DNA of 64,000 nucleotides. Origin: Nageia nagi (lineage: Eukaryota; Plantae; Pinophyta). Made by a program: the position numbers and the translations under genes. This document shows, in pieces, positions 61,845 through 64,000 of this stretch. The stretch spans positions 3,906,001 through 3,970,000 of the forward strand of contig JBITNC010000001.1 of assembly GCA_050084985.1 (NCBI GenBank), given 5' to 3'. The notes under the pieces are model-generated. The model was not told the origin of the DNA and made no database searches. It was given only the letters and a program-made list of their open reading frames with translations. Position 1 is the first letter of the stretch, and each line of letters starts with the position of its first letter.

Positions 61845-64000
61845 TGTGATATCCCTTTTGTACTATAGTGCCAAATTGTATTTGTCAAGCAGATATTTTA
61901 GAGATATCCCTTGTAGGTGGTCATGTTCATGTTGTAGCTTAAGACAAGAGACATACTGGGTCATGTGGACCCCACCTGTGAGCCCCTAGCAGGACATCTC
62001 TCTCTTAAGTAGTCATGTTAGTGTGTTGTAGTTTGGAGATCCTGAGTTGTGGGTATCCCAACGAGTCCTAGTGTCCCAAGAGAGTTGTCGTGCTTACGCC
62101 ACCTCAGGGAGGGCCCCACAACTCAATGTTGGCTTACTGGGCTTCTAGGAACACCATGTTGGCACTTCAGGTTGACTGGGACCCCACGTTTGCATTACTG
62201 GACCTTATGTTGCTGCGTTGGCATCCGAGGACATCATAATGGTGCGTTAAGTCATTGGGCCCCTCTAGTTGCTCAACGTTGAATTAGAAGGCTTATGGAT
62301 GACTTCGAGGTGAACTATTGACTGGAGCTTGTAAATACTTGAGGGGAGCTCATTTGGACATATACGAATTATTGTTATTGCTACTCTTTTTCCACGGGAT
62401 TTGTTCGTACTTGGCGGTGCCGAGTAATCTTTCCTAGGCAGAGTGTCTAGGGGGCAGCTGGGTTGAGGGATCCTAGTTGTCTACGGCATAGGTGGAACAC
62501 CTTGACCATCCGGTGGAATCCGAGGGTTTGTTCCTTCCATTCAGTTGGATATCCAGTGTTCGTGGAGAGCCCCTTCGGTGGGGAGGAGACGAAGGCTGAG
62601 GGAGTGAATCTGTCCCATTGGGAAGCCTACAGTTGCCTATTGGCTGATTGTATGATTTGTATTGCTCATCAACAATAATATATATATTTGGAGGCTTTGG
62701 GATCTCATTAAATATTACTTAATTGTCTCGTATGTGCATGTGTTGGATGTGTATGCTTGTTTATGTTGATTTTCCAGTGTTTGTGAATGAGCTAGCCTTG
62801 TAGTCTACTATTGCATGCATTTATGAGTTGCTGGGAGCAACGACAACTTGAGAGGGCTGACATCAAGGGTGAGGGGGCTTTGGATGCCCTAGGAGACCAA
62901 CGTCTGGCTTGGGGAGTGTTTGGGTGCCCGGGAGACCTCATGTGAGTGGAGAAGGAGCTTGGGAGCCCTAGAGGTTCAACCCTAGTTGGATTTAAAGTCT
63001 GCAATTTGGCACGGGTGTTCATTTGGAACATTACAAGTGGTGTCAAAGCTTGGATCTGGGTAGCCTGTGTATGAAACCTAGAATCCACAAGTATTATATC
63101 AGATCTAGCGCCAGAAGGGAGATGGCATTTGGTAGGAAGAGCGAAAGATCAACGGTTGGAGAAGCGTCGGAGAGGGTGGCACATGAGGAGGATAGGCAAC
63201 CATGGACGGTGGACCTCCAAACAATTGAGCCGTATGGAGATGAGAGGGAGGCTCATGAGGTGTTAGAAGGTAGATGGAGATCTGAGGAAAGAACGAGACC
63301 ATGGATAGTAGATCCGTAGGAGATAGAGCCGTTTAGGAGTGAGAGGGAGGCTCGTGAGATTTTGGAGGAGAGGCCAAGATCTAGAGGGAGGCGGAATGCA
63401 ACACTGGTTCGGGGCTTCACCTCGGAACGAAGATTTGAGGAAATGATCTCGACCATTAATAATATGACCGAAGCTATGTATGCCATGTATAGGCAGATTG
63501 AGTGGCGTTGGGGTGGTTTTGAGGTGGAAATGGAGCCACAACGCCAAGTTAGGCGAGATTCGGGAGGTGTGCAACAAGATCGGGGTGAAAGGGAAACCCC
63601 ACGGCAAGCAAAGAGGGGTGAGGAGCATTCGCGTTGGGGCCAAGATGAGGACAACTTACAACAAGCCAGGAATGGCCAACATGCATTACGTCTAGCTAGA
63701 GGAGGCAGGGAGCCCCCACGTCTGGACCAGGAGGGCTGTGAGGACGCATGGGAAGAAGATTGGGAGGATTTGGAGCATAGTCTAAGGAGATCCCGGAGCT
63801 TTAGAGATCAGGAATCCACCCACCATGGGTCGTTGGGACAGCCGAAGTCCAATTTTGTGAGATCCACTCCTATCAATTGCAACAAAGTACAAACCCTCTC
63901 CTAGGGTGCTACCTGGAGGACGATGTGGGTTGGATGGAAGATCAGCCAATCATACCTAGGCCATCCAAGCCTATGTTTCGCGCAGAGGACCCAGGAGGTG
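61845..64000 (+). mobile_element. 5' end of a gypsy-type LTR retrotransposon: LTR 61845-63035, PBS-Met, gag-like ORF running off the window
   Basis: TGTGATATCCC...GGAACATTACA; PBS-like TGGTGTCAAAGC at 63038-63049; R/E/G-rich frame from ATG 63122 interrupted by in-frame TAGs (63317, 63902). Confidence 0.8.

Overview
AT-rich eukaryotic (plant) genomic DNA; the repeat families and multi-kb introns suggest a conifer/gymnosperm (inference). The only intact host gene is the 5' part of an ATG1/ULK-family autophagy kinase on the + strand, with four GT-AG coding exons (36172-36405, 40050-40167, 42872-42930, 48523-48587). They run from the Gly-loop through HRDLKPQN to DFGFAR; no fifth exon was found, so intron 4 is >15.4 kb. 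Positions 1-35,100 are a nested mosaic of decayed Ty3/gypsy and Ty1/copia retrotransposons. It includes an 8.5-kb element with paired 715-bp gypsy-type LTRs that holds a gypsy gag plus a copia gag-PR-INT fused almost directly to the gypsy PPT, and a gypsy gag with a very long Q/N/Y/G-rich (prion-like) N-terminus. The introns contain antisense L1 LINE pieces, a 1.78-kb ORF2-less LINE-like insert with a 19-bp near-palindromic TSD, solo LTRs, a Tat/Ogre-type integrase and probably a highly decayed antisense PPR gene. No rRNA, tRNA or CRISPR was found. All calls are by eye; TE boundaries without a stated terminal motif are approximate.
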